Positions 25,494 through 37,739 of a DNA stretch of 64,000 bases are shown piece by piece. Origin of the DNA: Podarcis muralis (taxonomy: Eukaryota); NCBI RefSeq assembly GCF_964188315.1, contig NC_135667.1, positions 8,432,001-8,496,000 of the forward strand, in the 5' to 3' direction. The translations under genes and the position numbers were made by a program. Numbering within the stretch: the stretch's first letter is position 1; every line of letters begins with the position of its first letter. The notes under the pieces are model-generated. The model was not told the origin of the DNA and searched no databases. It saw only the letters and a list, made by a program, of their open reading frames with translations.

Positions 25494-25521
25494 CACTTTT
25501 TGTGCCACTAAGGAACAGAGG
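25494..25521 (+). promoter_or_regulatory. Conserved upstream motif of V2R exon 1 (representative copy)
   Basis: CACTTTTTGTGCCACTAAGGAACAGAGG; related copies at 879-900, 11220-11241, 36564-36590, 47504-47529 and 58900-58925, each about 420-515 bp upstream of the ATG. Function is inferred from conservation only. Confidence 0.45.
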
Positions 25522-26001
25522 TAACATGTGCACAGACTTCAGAAAAACACACAACCCAATGTTTCTTACGAAAAGAAATGCCCCTTTGAGCTAAAGCTTT
25601 GAAGAAGTTCTCTTTCTTTGCAGTTCTCCAAATCACTATAATTTGTTCACCAATGGAGGAAACAATTAGAAATCAGACAATGAGCAAGCCTGAAGTGATT
25701 ATAATAAATAAGTCTCTGTACCATGAAGGGTAGGGGCATGAGAAAGGAAGGGCTCTATCAGTTTTATATGTTTCTCCTCCCTTATTTGTAGGTCAGAATT
25801 GAAATCAGAGTGTTAGCATTCTTAGGTGACATTTAAGGAATGTGTCTGTCGTGCTTTGGTTCTAAAATAAGACTTGTGGATTTTCCTTATTTTGCTGTAT
25901 TGGCAGAGCCAGGCATCATCCACTGCAATCTGTTTATGTCAGTCAGCTGTTACTGATAGACAAAGGGGAATCTGGATGTGGAAAGAAGACAGGCTGCCTG
26001 G

Positions 26002-26614
26002 ATGTGGTGGCTATTGGTCTTTCTGTTTCTGTTGTTTCCTACTATGGGAAAAGTAGATACTATGAAGTGCCCCATTCAAAATCCATTTCCAATTCCACAC
26101 GAGTGGTATCAGCCAGGTGACTTCATTATTGGTGGGATTGCCTCTCAGATCTGTTATACTTTCTATGAAGAGTTCTTCAAGGTTCACCCTTCAGAGAATA
26201 TGTTTGAACTTCCACAGTAAGGGTTTTCCCTCACCTTCTGTATCCTTCCAAATCCCCTTAACTTTTCCTTCAGGTCTTCTAGACTGTAAAGCCAGCGATA
26301 GGGAATTTCTTATCACTGACACCTAAGAGCTGGTGTAGGAAACTTTGTTTTTCTCTAAAGAAGAAGAAGAAGAAAAGTTTGGATTTGATATCCTGCTTTA
26401 TCACTTCCCGAAGGAGTCTCAAAGCGGCTAACATTCTCCTTTCCCTTCCTCCCTCACAATAAACACTCTGTGAGGTGAGTGGGGCTGAGAGACTTCAAAG
26501 AAGTGTGACTAGCCCAAGGTCACCCAGCAGCTGCATGTGGAGAAGCGGAGACACAAACCCAGTTCCCCAGATTACGAGCCTACCGCTCTTAACCACTACA
26601 CCACACTGGCTATT

Positions 26615-26669
<55 letters not shown>

Positions 26670-29600
26670 CTTCCATTAGAAGAATGAATCTCAATTTCAT
26701 AATTGGTTGCAGACCAATTGTGATAATGAACCAAAATTTTCTCACAGTAGTTCTAGCTGCCTTTTTGATTAGTGAAGATGAAAAAAAAAAATTATCTGAC
26801 AGTAAGCACCATTGAACTCAATGGGATGACCCTTCTGCTACAGTCTACTACGTGATAAGTCCCTTTGAATTCATTGAGACTTACATCCAGATTAAGCATA
26901 TATAGAACTGCAGCTTTTATCGGCCGGAACACACCTCCTTTGTGATCACCTACTAAAAGAGAAAAGGGATGCGGGTGGTGCTGTGGTCTAAACCACAGAG
27001 CCTAGGGCTTGCTGATCAGAAGGTCGGCAGTTCGAATCCCCGCGACGGGGTGAGCTCCCGTTGCTCGGTCCCTGCTCCTGCCCACCTAGCAGTTCAAAAT
27101 CACATCAAAGTGCATGTAGATAAATAGGTACCAGCAGGAAGGCAAATGATGTTTCCGTGCACTGCTCCGGTTCGCTCAGTCATGCTGGCCACATGACCCG
27201 GAAGCTGTAGGCCGGCTCCCTCGGCCAGTAAAGTGAGATGAGTGCGGCAACCCCAAAGTCGTCCACAACTGGTCCTAACGGTCAGGGGTCCCTTTACCTT
27301 TACTAAAAGAGAAAGCATTATTATTATTTTTAATCAAATGAGTTTTATAGGTCAATCAAGAGATTAACAGCAGGTGTGTCAGAATACTGTACAGTATACA
27401 ACTGTCCTGATGAAACATACATTTTCTAATGACTGTTATTCCATAGCTAAGAAAAAACATATACAATAATATTATTTCAATCTGAATTAGTTTGAGATAG
27501 AACTGACTCCTATTGTTGTAGGTTGACATGTATAATACAGTTCCCATCTGAAATTTTCAAAAAATTCACTTTATGTGCAGTATGATGACAAAATTCTACC
27601 AGCATGTCCTTGCCTTAGCATTTGCTGTAGAAGAGGTAAACGAGAACCCCAAGATATTGCCCAATATCACTCTTGGGTTCCATATCTATGACAGCTATTT
27701 TGATGCAAAGATGACCTATCGTACCACACTTGACTTGCTCTTCAAATCACATCGTTTCATCCTGAACTACAAATGTGACACTCAGAAAAACCTCATAGCC
27801 ATCATCGGGGGACTTAGCTATGACACTTCTTTCCATATGGCTGACACCATATCCCTCTACAAGATTCCACAGGTGGGGTTTGTGAATGTGGTGATATGTT
27901 AATTTCCACAATCTACACTTCTCCTGTTCCTTTATGAGTCCATTTATGTGTCCCATTCATTTATGAGTCCAATGCAAGATGCTCATATTAGTGTCTAAGG
28001 CCTGGACATTTTTTAGCCCTAAAGAACACAAAATGCCCTTTTGATAGTTCCCATTTTACTAGAAAATTTTACTAGAAAGGTTGCTGAATTTAACTCACAC
28101 AGAAACTACCAATTGCTTCAACTATTTGTTGAATAAACAAGCATATACTCAAATAGAATTCTTCTGGTTTCCTTCTGTAATATGAGTACAATTTCCTTTA
28201 GCTCACTTATGGTTCATTTCCCACTGAGGAGGACAGTGATACAAGTCGCATCCCTTCCTTCTACCGCACAGTGCCTAATGAAGCCCACCAATACATGGGG
28301 ATTATCAACCTGCTTAAGTATTTTGGGTGGACATGGGTTGGACTCTTTGTTGTGGATGATGAGAGCGGACAAAATTTCTTGCAGACTATGGAACCTTTGC
28401 TTTCCCAAAATGGAATGTGTTCAGCCTTCACACAAAGTCTCCCAAAATTACCCCATTTTGATATGTGGAATGAATTGTGTGATTCATTGTCGAGTCATTA
28501 TACAGATCTTACTGATGACAAGGCCAATACAATCATCATCTATGGAGAATCTATGGCAACTATATGGCTGACAGCTAATGTCATTCTGCGAGATCCTGAA
28601 AATGTGAACAGATCATCACTTAGAAAGGTTTGGATCATAACAAGTCAGGTAGATTTCATATTGTTGGGGGTTCAAAGGACCTGGGATCTTGATCTCTTCC
28701 AAGGTGCCATTTGCTTCACAATTCACTCAAAAACAATTATAGGGTTCAAGGAATTTCTTCAGAGCATAAAAATGGATGGTAGAGACGGAGATGGTTTTCT
28801 GAAGGACTTCTGGGAGCAAGCATTTGACTGTACTTTTCCAAACCCCAGTGTCCTCGTGGACATCAGTGAACAATGTACTGGAGAGGAAAACCTGGAAAGC
28901 CTTCCAGATCCAATTTTTGAAAGGCGCATGACTGGTCACAGCTACAGTATCTACAATGCTGTGCATGTGGTGGCTCATGCTTTACATGACATTTATTTAA
29001 CTAGGTCCAGGCACAGAACAAGGAGGGGTCATAAAATGTTCAAACTTCCAGAACTTCAGGCTTGGCAGGTAATGTATTTTTTAAAAAATAGAACATTGTG
29101 TCCATTAGTATAATATAAGACAATTTCCAGGTTCTCATCTGGAATTGTACGTTTTATTCACTGAAAGCATCTTGCACATCCCCCCCCCCATGTTGATCTT
29201 TATTATTGTTAAAAATATACATTTATACAACATTTATACAAGACTCTCTGTTTTTGTTTGTAACAAAAAGAAGCAAAAATACCTTGTACACCTAACAATA
29301 CACATAACAATACAATTTATGAAGAAGAAGAAAAGAGACAAAAGAAAAGAAAGGAAAGGAAAAGGAGAATATGTATATGTTTGTGTGTGTGTATGTGTGT
29401 GTGTGTGTGTGTGTGTGTAGGCAGTTGAGGTTTTAAAAAGACTTCCAAACATTCTCATTGTACATTATCTGTTTTCATTTTTTTCATTACATTTCTGATT
29501 TTTTGTGAAGTTATTGGAATAACTAACTCCTTAATTTTTTCTTTTATATTGGCAACTATTTGATGTCTTTTTAGATATTGTTCTATATCATCTTTATTTT

Positions 29601-32263
29601 CTTCCTTTTTCTTATATAACTCTTCAAAATATTTCACACATTCCTGCATTATTGTCTTTGGGTCGTCTATAATTTTTTCTCCTATTTTTAGCCTATTTAT
29701 CAATTTTTCATGTTTCGTTTTCTTTATTTTCCAAGCCAAATATTTGCTGGGTTTATTAGAAAATTATTTTGATTCCAAATTTTTAAATTCCAATCCATTT
29801 CCTGTTCAACTTTTGTTTTGTATTCCAATTTTAATAATTTAATTTCCGTTTTTATATTTTCCTTTTTTGGATTTTTTAAAAATTCCTTTTCCTTTTTTTA
29901 AAAAAATCATTCAATATTCTATTTTCCCCCTCACCTTTTTCTTTTCTTCGTATAGCATTTTTTTTATGAACTATCCTCTGATGACTGCTTTACTAGTATC
30001 CCAAATTATTCATGATTCTGTATCTTTTTATTAAATTTAAATAATTCTTGCAAAGTTTCTTTTGCATCTTCTAGTATCTTCTCATCATACAATAGTGAGT
30101 TGTTCAAATTCCATCTTCTTATTCCTACTTGCCACTCTAGTTTTAATTGAAGTAAAATCAGATTGTGGTCCGAAATTGTGTTTGGTAGGATCTGTGTCTC
30201 ATTTATTCTCCCCAATAAATCTGTAGATAGCCATTTGGCATCAATCCTACTTGAAATTGTTTTGGTTCTAAGAAATAGGTGTAATCTATTTTTAACTCAT
30301 GTTTGAACCTCCAGGAGTCTTTTAGATCCAAACTTTCCACCAATTTAAAGAACTTAGCGGGTAGTGAAAACATATTGCATATTATGGAGTTAATATTGTT
30401 ACAGAACTGGGGTGGGGGTCCAACTATTAATAAATGCTAGGATTTGAGTTTTTTTGTAATATGATGAGAGACTGAGGGTGTAAATAGGAGAATAAACCAC
30501 ATTTCTTGAAGCACAACAGACATTGCTGAGTCTTCTGTTCTCCAAAGAGACACAGACCCTGTGTGGGCACCTGAGATCCCATGTGCTTTTGCCACAGCTT
30601 GGCAGAGAGACAGGTGCCGGGCTTCTGTAACAATATCAACTATAGCAGAATTGCTGATTTTTCACTCTTGGTTATTGAGAAACAATACTAGTAAACAATA
30701 CTAGAAAAGAACTGTGTTTCAAAATCATGGCATTATGTGCAAAATCTGCATTGCTTCCTCTCATTTCGTCTTTTTATCCTTCAATTAGCTTCACCCTTTT
30801 CTTGGTGATATTTCCTTTAACAACTCAGCTGGAGAATCCATGACCTTCACTGCTAAAAGGGAAATGGAAGGTGGATTTGACATCATGAACATGGTCACAT
30901 TCCCAAACAGGTCTTTCCTCCGAATCAGAGTTGGGCAGGTGGATGACAATGCTCATGAAGGAAAGAAATTCATCATTCATGAGGACATGATCATGTGGCA
31001 CAAAGGTTTTAACCAGGTCCAGATCCTTCATCATTCTTGTTACCCCCTGCATTAGCTACATAGATGTAGCCTGGCAGAAGAATCACTTCTTTTCTACATA
31101 CAATCTGTCTTTTTTGGACAGGGTCATGGGAATAATGCGGCCATCTACCACATTGAAGGATTAGGTGCAACAATGAACTGTAAAAAAATAAAAAGAAAAG
31201 AACCCAATGCTATATTTTATGTAGTTGTTATCTGCACCTCATTTATATATGGCATTTCAAAATGTATTTGTGAGGCAGTAGTGGGTAGTCTCTATTTGCA
31301 TTGCATAAGTGGCAAATCATCCCACCCCCGCAAATTTAAATGCCACGTATAAAAAGTCTTTAAAAAAATGAAGAAAGAAAATAAGAAAATGAGAAAGGGG
31401 AACGGGGTATAGTAAATCACTATAACAATTGTTTACAGTTAACTATTGCATTTTTTAAGCTAGTGTATTTTGTATAAATGAGTTCCAAGTTTAATTACAG
31501 ATGTCTATTTAAAGTCGACATCTAGAAACAATCCACTCATACATGGTAGGCATAGTTAGGTCTTCAGTCCATTTAATAAATGGAGTCGTACATTAATCTT
31601 TCCAATGCAGCAATATCAGTCTTTCGGCCATAGGAAGGGTAAGGATAACCCATTCATGTTGTCTAGTTGTCAAATTCTATACACTATGTATGAAGTTAGT
31701 TCAAAATAATAGTATTCTCTGGTTTTTATTGTTATTTTTTCACAATTACATTATATAATCCAGTACTTTCTCCTAAAATCTATTAATTATAGGACATTGT
31801 AAAACCATGTGTTTTAAAGAAGCGTTATCCTTATTACACAAAATGCTGTCTTAGACAATATTTTTCTACACAAACATAAAGACAATTCAGTGTGGGAATA
31901 GGGGTCAAATATTTTTCTGGTTTGACATTGCATTACATAACTTTCTCACTGACATAATTGTTTCCAGAGATACCAGTGTTCTGGTGTATTTTGATCCTAA
32001 TACTGCCCATCAAACAGAAAAGCCTCAACTCAGACTCCTTTCTTGTATATGGATAGGTGACTCCTATTTCTCTTTGCAATGAGCACTGCCTCCCTGGTTA
32101 TCAGAAGAAAAGGAAGGAAGGCGAAAAATTTTGCTGTTATGATTGTGCCGCATGTCCAGAAGGCAAGATTTCAAACCAAAATGGTATATGACAATGAAAT
32201 CATATTTTCTTTTTGTTAGAAAGTGTTAATATGGCTTGTTTTCTAATACTGTATTTACAAATG

Positions 32264-32315
<52 letters not shown>

Positions 32316-34418
32316 AGTGGTACCTTGGTTCTCAAACTTAATCCATTCCAGAAGTCCGTTCCAAAACCAAAGCATTCCAAAACCAAGGCACACTTTCCCA
32401 TAGAAAGTAATGCAAAATGAATGGATTAATCCACTCCAGACTTTTAAAAACAACTCCAAAACAGGAATTTAACATGAATTTTACTACCTCTATTGTTGTT
32501 CTGTTAATGGTTCTCTTGACTTTGCAGCTTTTATCCATTTCCACAGTCACACATGCAATAAATCAATCAGTAGCTGTACTGGGTTCTACACAGTCACAAA
32601 AACAAATGAAACAGGAAAACCACACAAACAAAAATGCAAAAAAATTAAATAAATAGCAAAAACAGTAGCACCAAATATAAGCTCCAAATATCTAATCGGA
32701 AGCGTGGGGCTCAAATCAGAAACACAACACTCCAACTGGAAGAGGAACACTCTAATCAGAACTAAAAACGTAGCACGTTTGGTTTTCGGGGAAAAATTCA
32801 GAAACCGGAACAGTTACTTCCATGTTTGCAGCATTCAGGTTCAAAGTTGTTTGAGAACTAAGCTGATCGAAAACCAAGGTACCACTGTGCTTCGCTTGGA
32901 ATGATTTGCAAATGTTTCTCTGCTGACACCATTATCCTCTCAAGAATAATTAGTAAAACAAATACTCCTGGTGCAATACTTTCTACATAGATTTGAGAGT
33001 AAGCCCCAATGAAGATAGAATAATTTAGTTTCAAATTAAAGGTAAAGGTAAATGTACCCCTGACCGTTAGGTCCAGTCGCGGATGACTCTGGGGTTGCGA
33101 GCTCATCTCGCTCTTTAGGGAGCCGGCGTTTGTCCGAAGACAGCTTCCGGGTCATGTGGCCAGCATGACTAAGCCATTTCTGGCGAACCAGAGCAGCGCA
33201 CAAAAACACTGTTTACCTTTCCACCAGAGTGGAACCTGTTTATCTACTTGCACTTTGACGTGCTTTCGAACTGCTAGGTTGGCAGGAGCTGGGACTGAGC
33301 AACGGGAGGTCACCCCATCGTGGGGATTCGAACCACCGTCCTTCTGATCAGCAAGCCCTAGGCTCTGTGGTTTAGACCACAGCGCCACCCACGTCCCAGT
33401 TTCACATTAAGATAACCTAAAAAGGAGACATATTAAAGTGATTAAACTGCTATATACTCAGCAAACTCAGCATAATATAATATTGTCTAGGAATCTGACC
33501 TACTTCTGTTTTTCAGATATGGATGACTGTTTCAGATGCCCAGAAGATCAATATCCCAACAAGAACAAAAATGGATGCCTCTCCAAAACTCTAAACTTCA
33601 TTTCAAATGAAGAACCATTAGGGATCAGTTTAGCCTCAATTGTTTTGTTTTTTTCCATTGTTACAACTTTAGTGTTTAGTACTTTTGTGAAGCACAAAGA
33701 TACTCCCATTGTGAAAGCCAACAACCGAGACCTCACCTACACTCTCCTCATTTCCCTTCTGTTCTGCTTTCTCTCTTCTTTTCTATTCCTTGGAAAACCT
33801 GGGATAGCGACTTGCCTTCTGAGACAAACTACCTTTGGCATGATCTTCTCTGTTGCAGTTTCTTGCATCTTGGCCAAAACTGTCACTGTTGTTGTAGTTT
33901 TCATGGCCACTAAGCCAGGGTCAAACATAAAGAAATGGGTGGGAAAAAAGTTGGCCTACTCCATTGTCCTTTCCTCTTGTCTTATTCAAGCAAATATTTG
34001 TACTTTGTGGTTGACAACTACTCCCCCATATCCTGATTTAGATATGTACTCTGTGACCACAGAAATCATTGTGCAATGTAACGAAGGGTCTGTTGCCATG
34101 TTTTATTGTGTCTTGGGCTACATGGGCCTCCTGGCTATTGCCAGCTTCAGTGTGGCATTTCTGGCCCGCAGATTACCCGACAGTTTTAATGAAGCCAAAT
34201 TCATTACCTTCAGCATGTTGCTGTTCTGCAGTGTTTGGCTTTCTTTTGTTCCAACCTATCTGAGCACGAAAGGAAAACACATGGTGGCTGTGGAGATCTT
34301 CTCCATCTTGGCCTCCAGTGCTGGGTTATTGGGCTGCATCTTTGCTCCTAAATGCTACATCATTTTGCTGAGGCCTCAGCTAAACAGTAGAGAACAACTA
34401 ATAAGGAAAAGGATGTAA
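26002..34418 (+). CDS. Vmn2r: V2R gene 4, complete six-exon receptor (~876 aa)
   Basis: Exons 26002-26216, 27581-27872, 28202-29068, 30789-31016, 32057-32183, 33517-34418; GT-AG, open frame, 2631 nt. Confidence 0.95.
26358..26611 (-). mobile_element. tRNA-derived SINE (Squam3-like)
   Basis: Minus strand begins AGCCAGTGTGGTGTAGTGGTTAAGAGCGG (A box), has a B-box-like GGGTTTGTGTCTCC, and ends in a (CTT)n tail. Confidence 0.8.
26618..26666. repeat. (AAT)n microsatellite
   Basis: Direct read. Confidence 0.95.
26966..27300 (+). mobile_element. Sauria SINE
   Basis: GGGATGCGGGTGGTGCTGTGG head, CCTTTACCTT tail, 14-bp TSD TACTAAAAGAGAAA. Confidence 0.92.
29383..29418. repeat. (GT)n microsatellite
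   Basis: Direct read. Confidence 0.9.
29475..30345 (-). mobile_element. L1/Tx1-clade LINE ORF2 fragment (endonuclease C-terminus and linker)
   Basis: Minus-strand translations SRID...ISDHNLI...WNLNNSLL and [11 protein letters not shown] are typical of L1 ORF2. Confidence 0.75.
31330..31990 (-). mobile_element. L1-like ORF2 C-terminal/3' fragment
   Basis: Minus-strand [10 protein letters not shown]...KWTEDL..YE resembles the L1 ORF2 C-terminus; boundaries approximate. Confidence 0.5.
32267..32311. repeat. (AT)n microsatellite next to a TA-targeting transposon
   Basis: Direct read. Confidence 0.95.
32315..32887. mobile_element. Tc1/mariner-type non-autonomous DNA transposon (MITE)
   Basis: TIRs CAGTGGTACCTTGGTT / AACCAAGGTACCACTG; TA on the left flank, TG on the right. 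Confidence 0.8.
33040..33397 (-). mobile_element. Sauria SINE
   Basis: Full length on the minus strand; TSD AGTTTCA(A/C)ATTAA. Confidence 0.9.
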
Positions 34419-34908
34419 AAAATTTCTTTTATTTTTCCCTATTTTTTAATGAAATTTTTATTCCTGCATGAATCCAAGGCTGTGGTTATGGGAGAAGTGA
34501 CACTGGATTCAGTGGTGGGATTTTTGTTAACTTGAGGAGGACCTGTGAGCAAGGTGTACCTAATCAAAGCCAGAGATGTTTTTTCGAAGGCACTAGAAAA
34601 GTTAAAAAAAAACAAGTCAGAAAGCCATTGAAAATAATCTCAAATGCCTTAGATAGCTGGAAATAGGAGCAGAGACAGCCAATTATCAACTTCATTTCTG
34701 ACCTCCCCCACCCTCGGTATTCACCAGAATTTAAATCAGAGTTTCAGCACTCTCATCTACTATTAATAACATGTTTTTGTAATCTTTCGATTCTCAAAAA
34801 CAGTTACCGGGGGCCTCTTGTAGAGCTGTATTGGCATCACCAATAATAGCCAGTTCTAGCTAAGGATGAGCACAGGAAGGTCTGCATTTTTAGAAAAGCT
34901 GGGAGGCT

Positions 34909-35118
34909 ATGATGTTGTGGCTGTTGATATTTCTGAAATCCCCGGTTGACTGCACAGAAGATACTTTGAGGTGCTCAGTGAACAATCCATTTCTTTTTCC
35001 ACATGAGTGATACCAGCCAGGTGGCCTCATCATTGGTGGGATAGCTTCCCAGCTCTTTTATGTATTTTATGAAGTTTTCTTCAAAGAGCACACATCACAG
35101 AATATTTGAGGTTCCACA
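34909..35118 (+). pseudogene. Orphan degenerate V2R exon 1
   Basis: ATGATGTTGTGGCTGTTG start, CATGAGTGATACCAGCCAGGTGGCCTCATCATTGGTGGG (EWYQ changed to E*YQ), frameshifts, donor mutated to CA|GAAAG; no downstream exon 2 of its own. Confidence 0.85.
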
Positions 35119-36050
35119 GAAAGAGTGTTTCCTTCTCTACATTCCTCCAAATCCCCTTTCCTTTTGTGTTATGCCTTTTAGATTGCAAACCTCAGAATTG
35201 AATCTATAAATATCTGAGTTGTTAAAAAACCATCCTGGTTCACTCTGGGCACTCCTCTTTCTCAATCACATTCTTAGTCTTGTGCATTATTGGAAGCCTT
35301 AGATATGCCTGTTAATCATCATCACCATCATCATCCTTTCAATGTATTCCCTGGCATCCACATCCCTCCAAATCTCCTTTCTCATTTTGAAACCAGCGTT
35401 TTCACAGCTGCCCTGCCAATGACCTTTGAATTACTTATGTGGAGAAGAATTTGGCACAAATTATGTTCTAAAACATGAATGCAGGTTTAGACTAATATAG
35501 AAAGTCTTCGGTCAGCAAGTGGCAGCACTATTCTCGGTGGATTTAAATTTAAAAGAAAATGGCATGTTATACATCACAGCAAACTCTTTGAATCCTTTTT
35601 ATTTGTCATAAATAAGTATATATATATATCTGTGTGCACATGTGTGTGATATTAATTGGAGCCAAACTACATGGGAAGGGAGTGAACTCTTTCATCAGCC
35701 CATGGTGATCATGTCAGTCTACCCAGGCAGTTTCCCACTCATGCATGTGCTGATTTGAAAGCCTTCTGGCCACTGCTTACAAGTGGGTTTCTAACATAGC
35801 ATTTGCTTGTTTGTTTGCATTCTGTATATGCTACCATAAAACAAATAGGTCACTTAGTGTTTCATTTATTTATTTTTAATAAGTTAGAAATGACAATGAA
35901 ATAAATTTCATAGGTGCTCAATGTCAAGCCAACCCTAGACATTCTTTGAGATTAAATCTACAATTTTACCCCCTATAGTCAATTCCATACTTTTTTTAGC
36001 CAGTGATTTGTTGCGTGGATAAATTGTAGCTGAACATGACTTTGGCAGTA

Positions 36051-36453
36051 CAGTGGTACCTCAGGTTACAGACACTTCAGGTTACAGACGCTTCAGGTTA
36101 CAGACTGAAAACAGATAACATAGAATGGGAATGTTTGGAAGTCTTTTTAAAACCTCAACTACTTTTTCTTCATATATGTATGTAACCCGAGGTACCACTA
36201 TATATATATACTGGTACCTCGGGTTACATACGCTTCAGGTTACATACGCTTCAGGTTACAGACTCCGCTAACCCATAAATGTTACCTTGGACTAAGAACT
36301 TTGCTTCAGGATGAGAACAGAAATTGTGAAGTGGCGGCATGGCGGCAGCAGTGGGAGGCCCCATTAGCTAAAGTGGTACCTCAGGTTAAGAACAGTTTCA
36401 GGTTAAGAATGGACCTCCAGAATGAATTAAGTTCTTAAGCCGAGGTACCTCTG
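36051..36453. mobile_element. Two adjacent Tc1/mariner MITEs (36051-36199 and 36211-36453)
   Basis: CAGTGGTACC/CTGGTACCTCGGG termini, internal TTCAGGTTACAGAC repeats, TA flanks, (TA)n between the two elements. Confidence 0.75.
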
Positions 36454-37062
36454 TAGAGATTATTTTTAGCATTTAGCAATGCTTTGTTTTTCCAAAGAAA
36501 ATGGCCTCACTCTGACTTTCCCTATGGCATTTGCCCTTTGGAGAAAATTGTAACCAATCCACAACTTTCTGTGCCACTAAAGAACAGAGGTGGCATATGG
36601 ACCAACATGTTTTCTATCAAAAGGGCCACTCAGGATCCAATCTCTGAATAAGTGATTTTCTCCCCCTGCAATTATCTAAATCACAAAAAATGGGCATAGC
36701 CCAAGAGACTGCCCAGAAGGCATCATGAAACAATCAACAAGTTAGCCTGAAAGTGCTTATAAACAATCCCCCTTGGACATAGGAGCATAAGGCAGACAGA
36801 GCTTTGTTAGCAGCCTTCCTGATGTTTCTTCTGCCCACCCCTATAATACTGGTCAGATGTCATATCAAAGTGTTTGTAATCTCAGCAGTTAATCAAGATG
36901 TTCAGAGTCAATCATTTAATAGTAAAAATACAACTGATAAATGATTCTTCTGCAGCTGTATTGACACAGTCAGACATCATTCAACAAAACCTATTTAACT
37001 AAGGCAGGTGGTATGGATGGGGAAAGGAAGGACTGTATTTAGAGTGAAACTTTGTTGACAGT

Positions 37063-37697
37063 ATGTTGCCACTATTGGTGTTGCTGTTTCTGCTTCCTCC
37101 TATGGTGTGCAGACTAGATGATGTGACCAATCTTCTCCTTGTTCCCCATGAGTGGTACCAGCCAGGTGACTTCATCATTGGTGCAATTACTTCTCAGATA
37201 TTTTACGTTTTCTCTGAAATTCTTTTCAAGGAGCACCCTTCGCAGAAAATGTTTGAGGTTCCACAGTAAGGATCAATCCCCACTCTCCATCTTCTAGGCT
37301 TGGTCAGTTCACAGGGGAATTGTCTTGATAACTGACAGCATTCCTGTTGGCCAGCTCCTCATTCTCAATCACATTTTGAATTTTGTGCATTCTGCTAAGC
37401 TTTCAGGCAGTACATATGGACTTTATTTCATAATATTCTCAGGCATTTAGTGTATTTATACTGCTGATATTTCATTGTTGTTGTTGTTGTTGTTGTGTTT
37501 ATTGAGCTTAATTGCTTTTTTTAGTGTACTGTGTTATGCTTTGAAAGTCAACTAGAAGCTGATTTTTAGTAGTAAACTAAAACAAGGAGAGATATCTGAG
37601 AGTAACACTTCTTGGAACTAATGACATTGATTGTAATCAACAAAAGCGTATCCATATTAGGTTCATTAGTCTTCAAGGTGACAGTAGACACTTCATT

Positions 37698-37739
<42 letters not shown>

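Noticed and set aside
26495-26815. Poly-Ile and poly-Asn ORFs
   Set aside because: Translations of the (AAT)n microsatellite next to a SINE.
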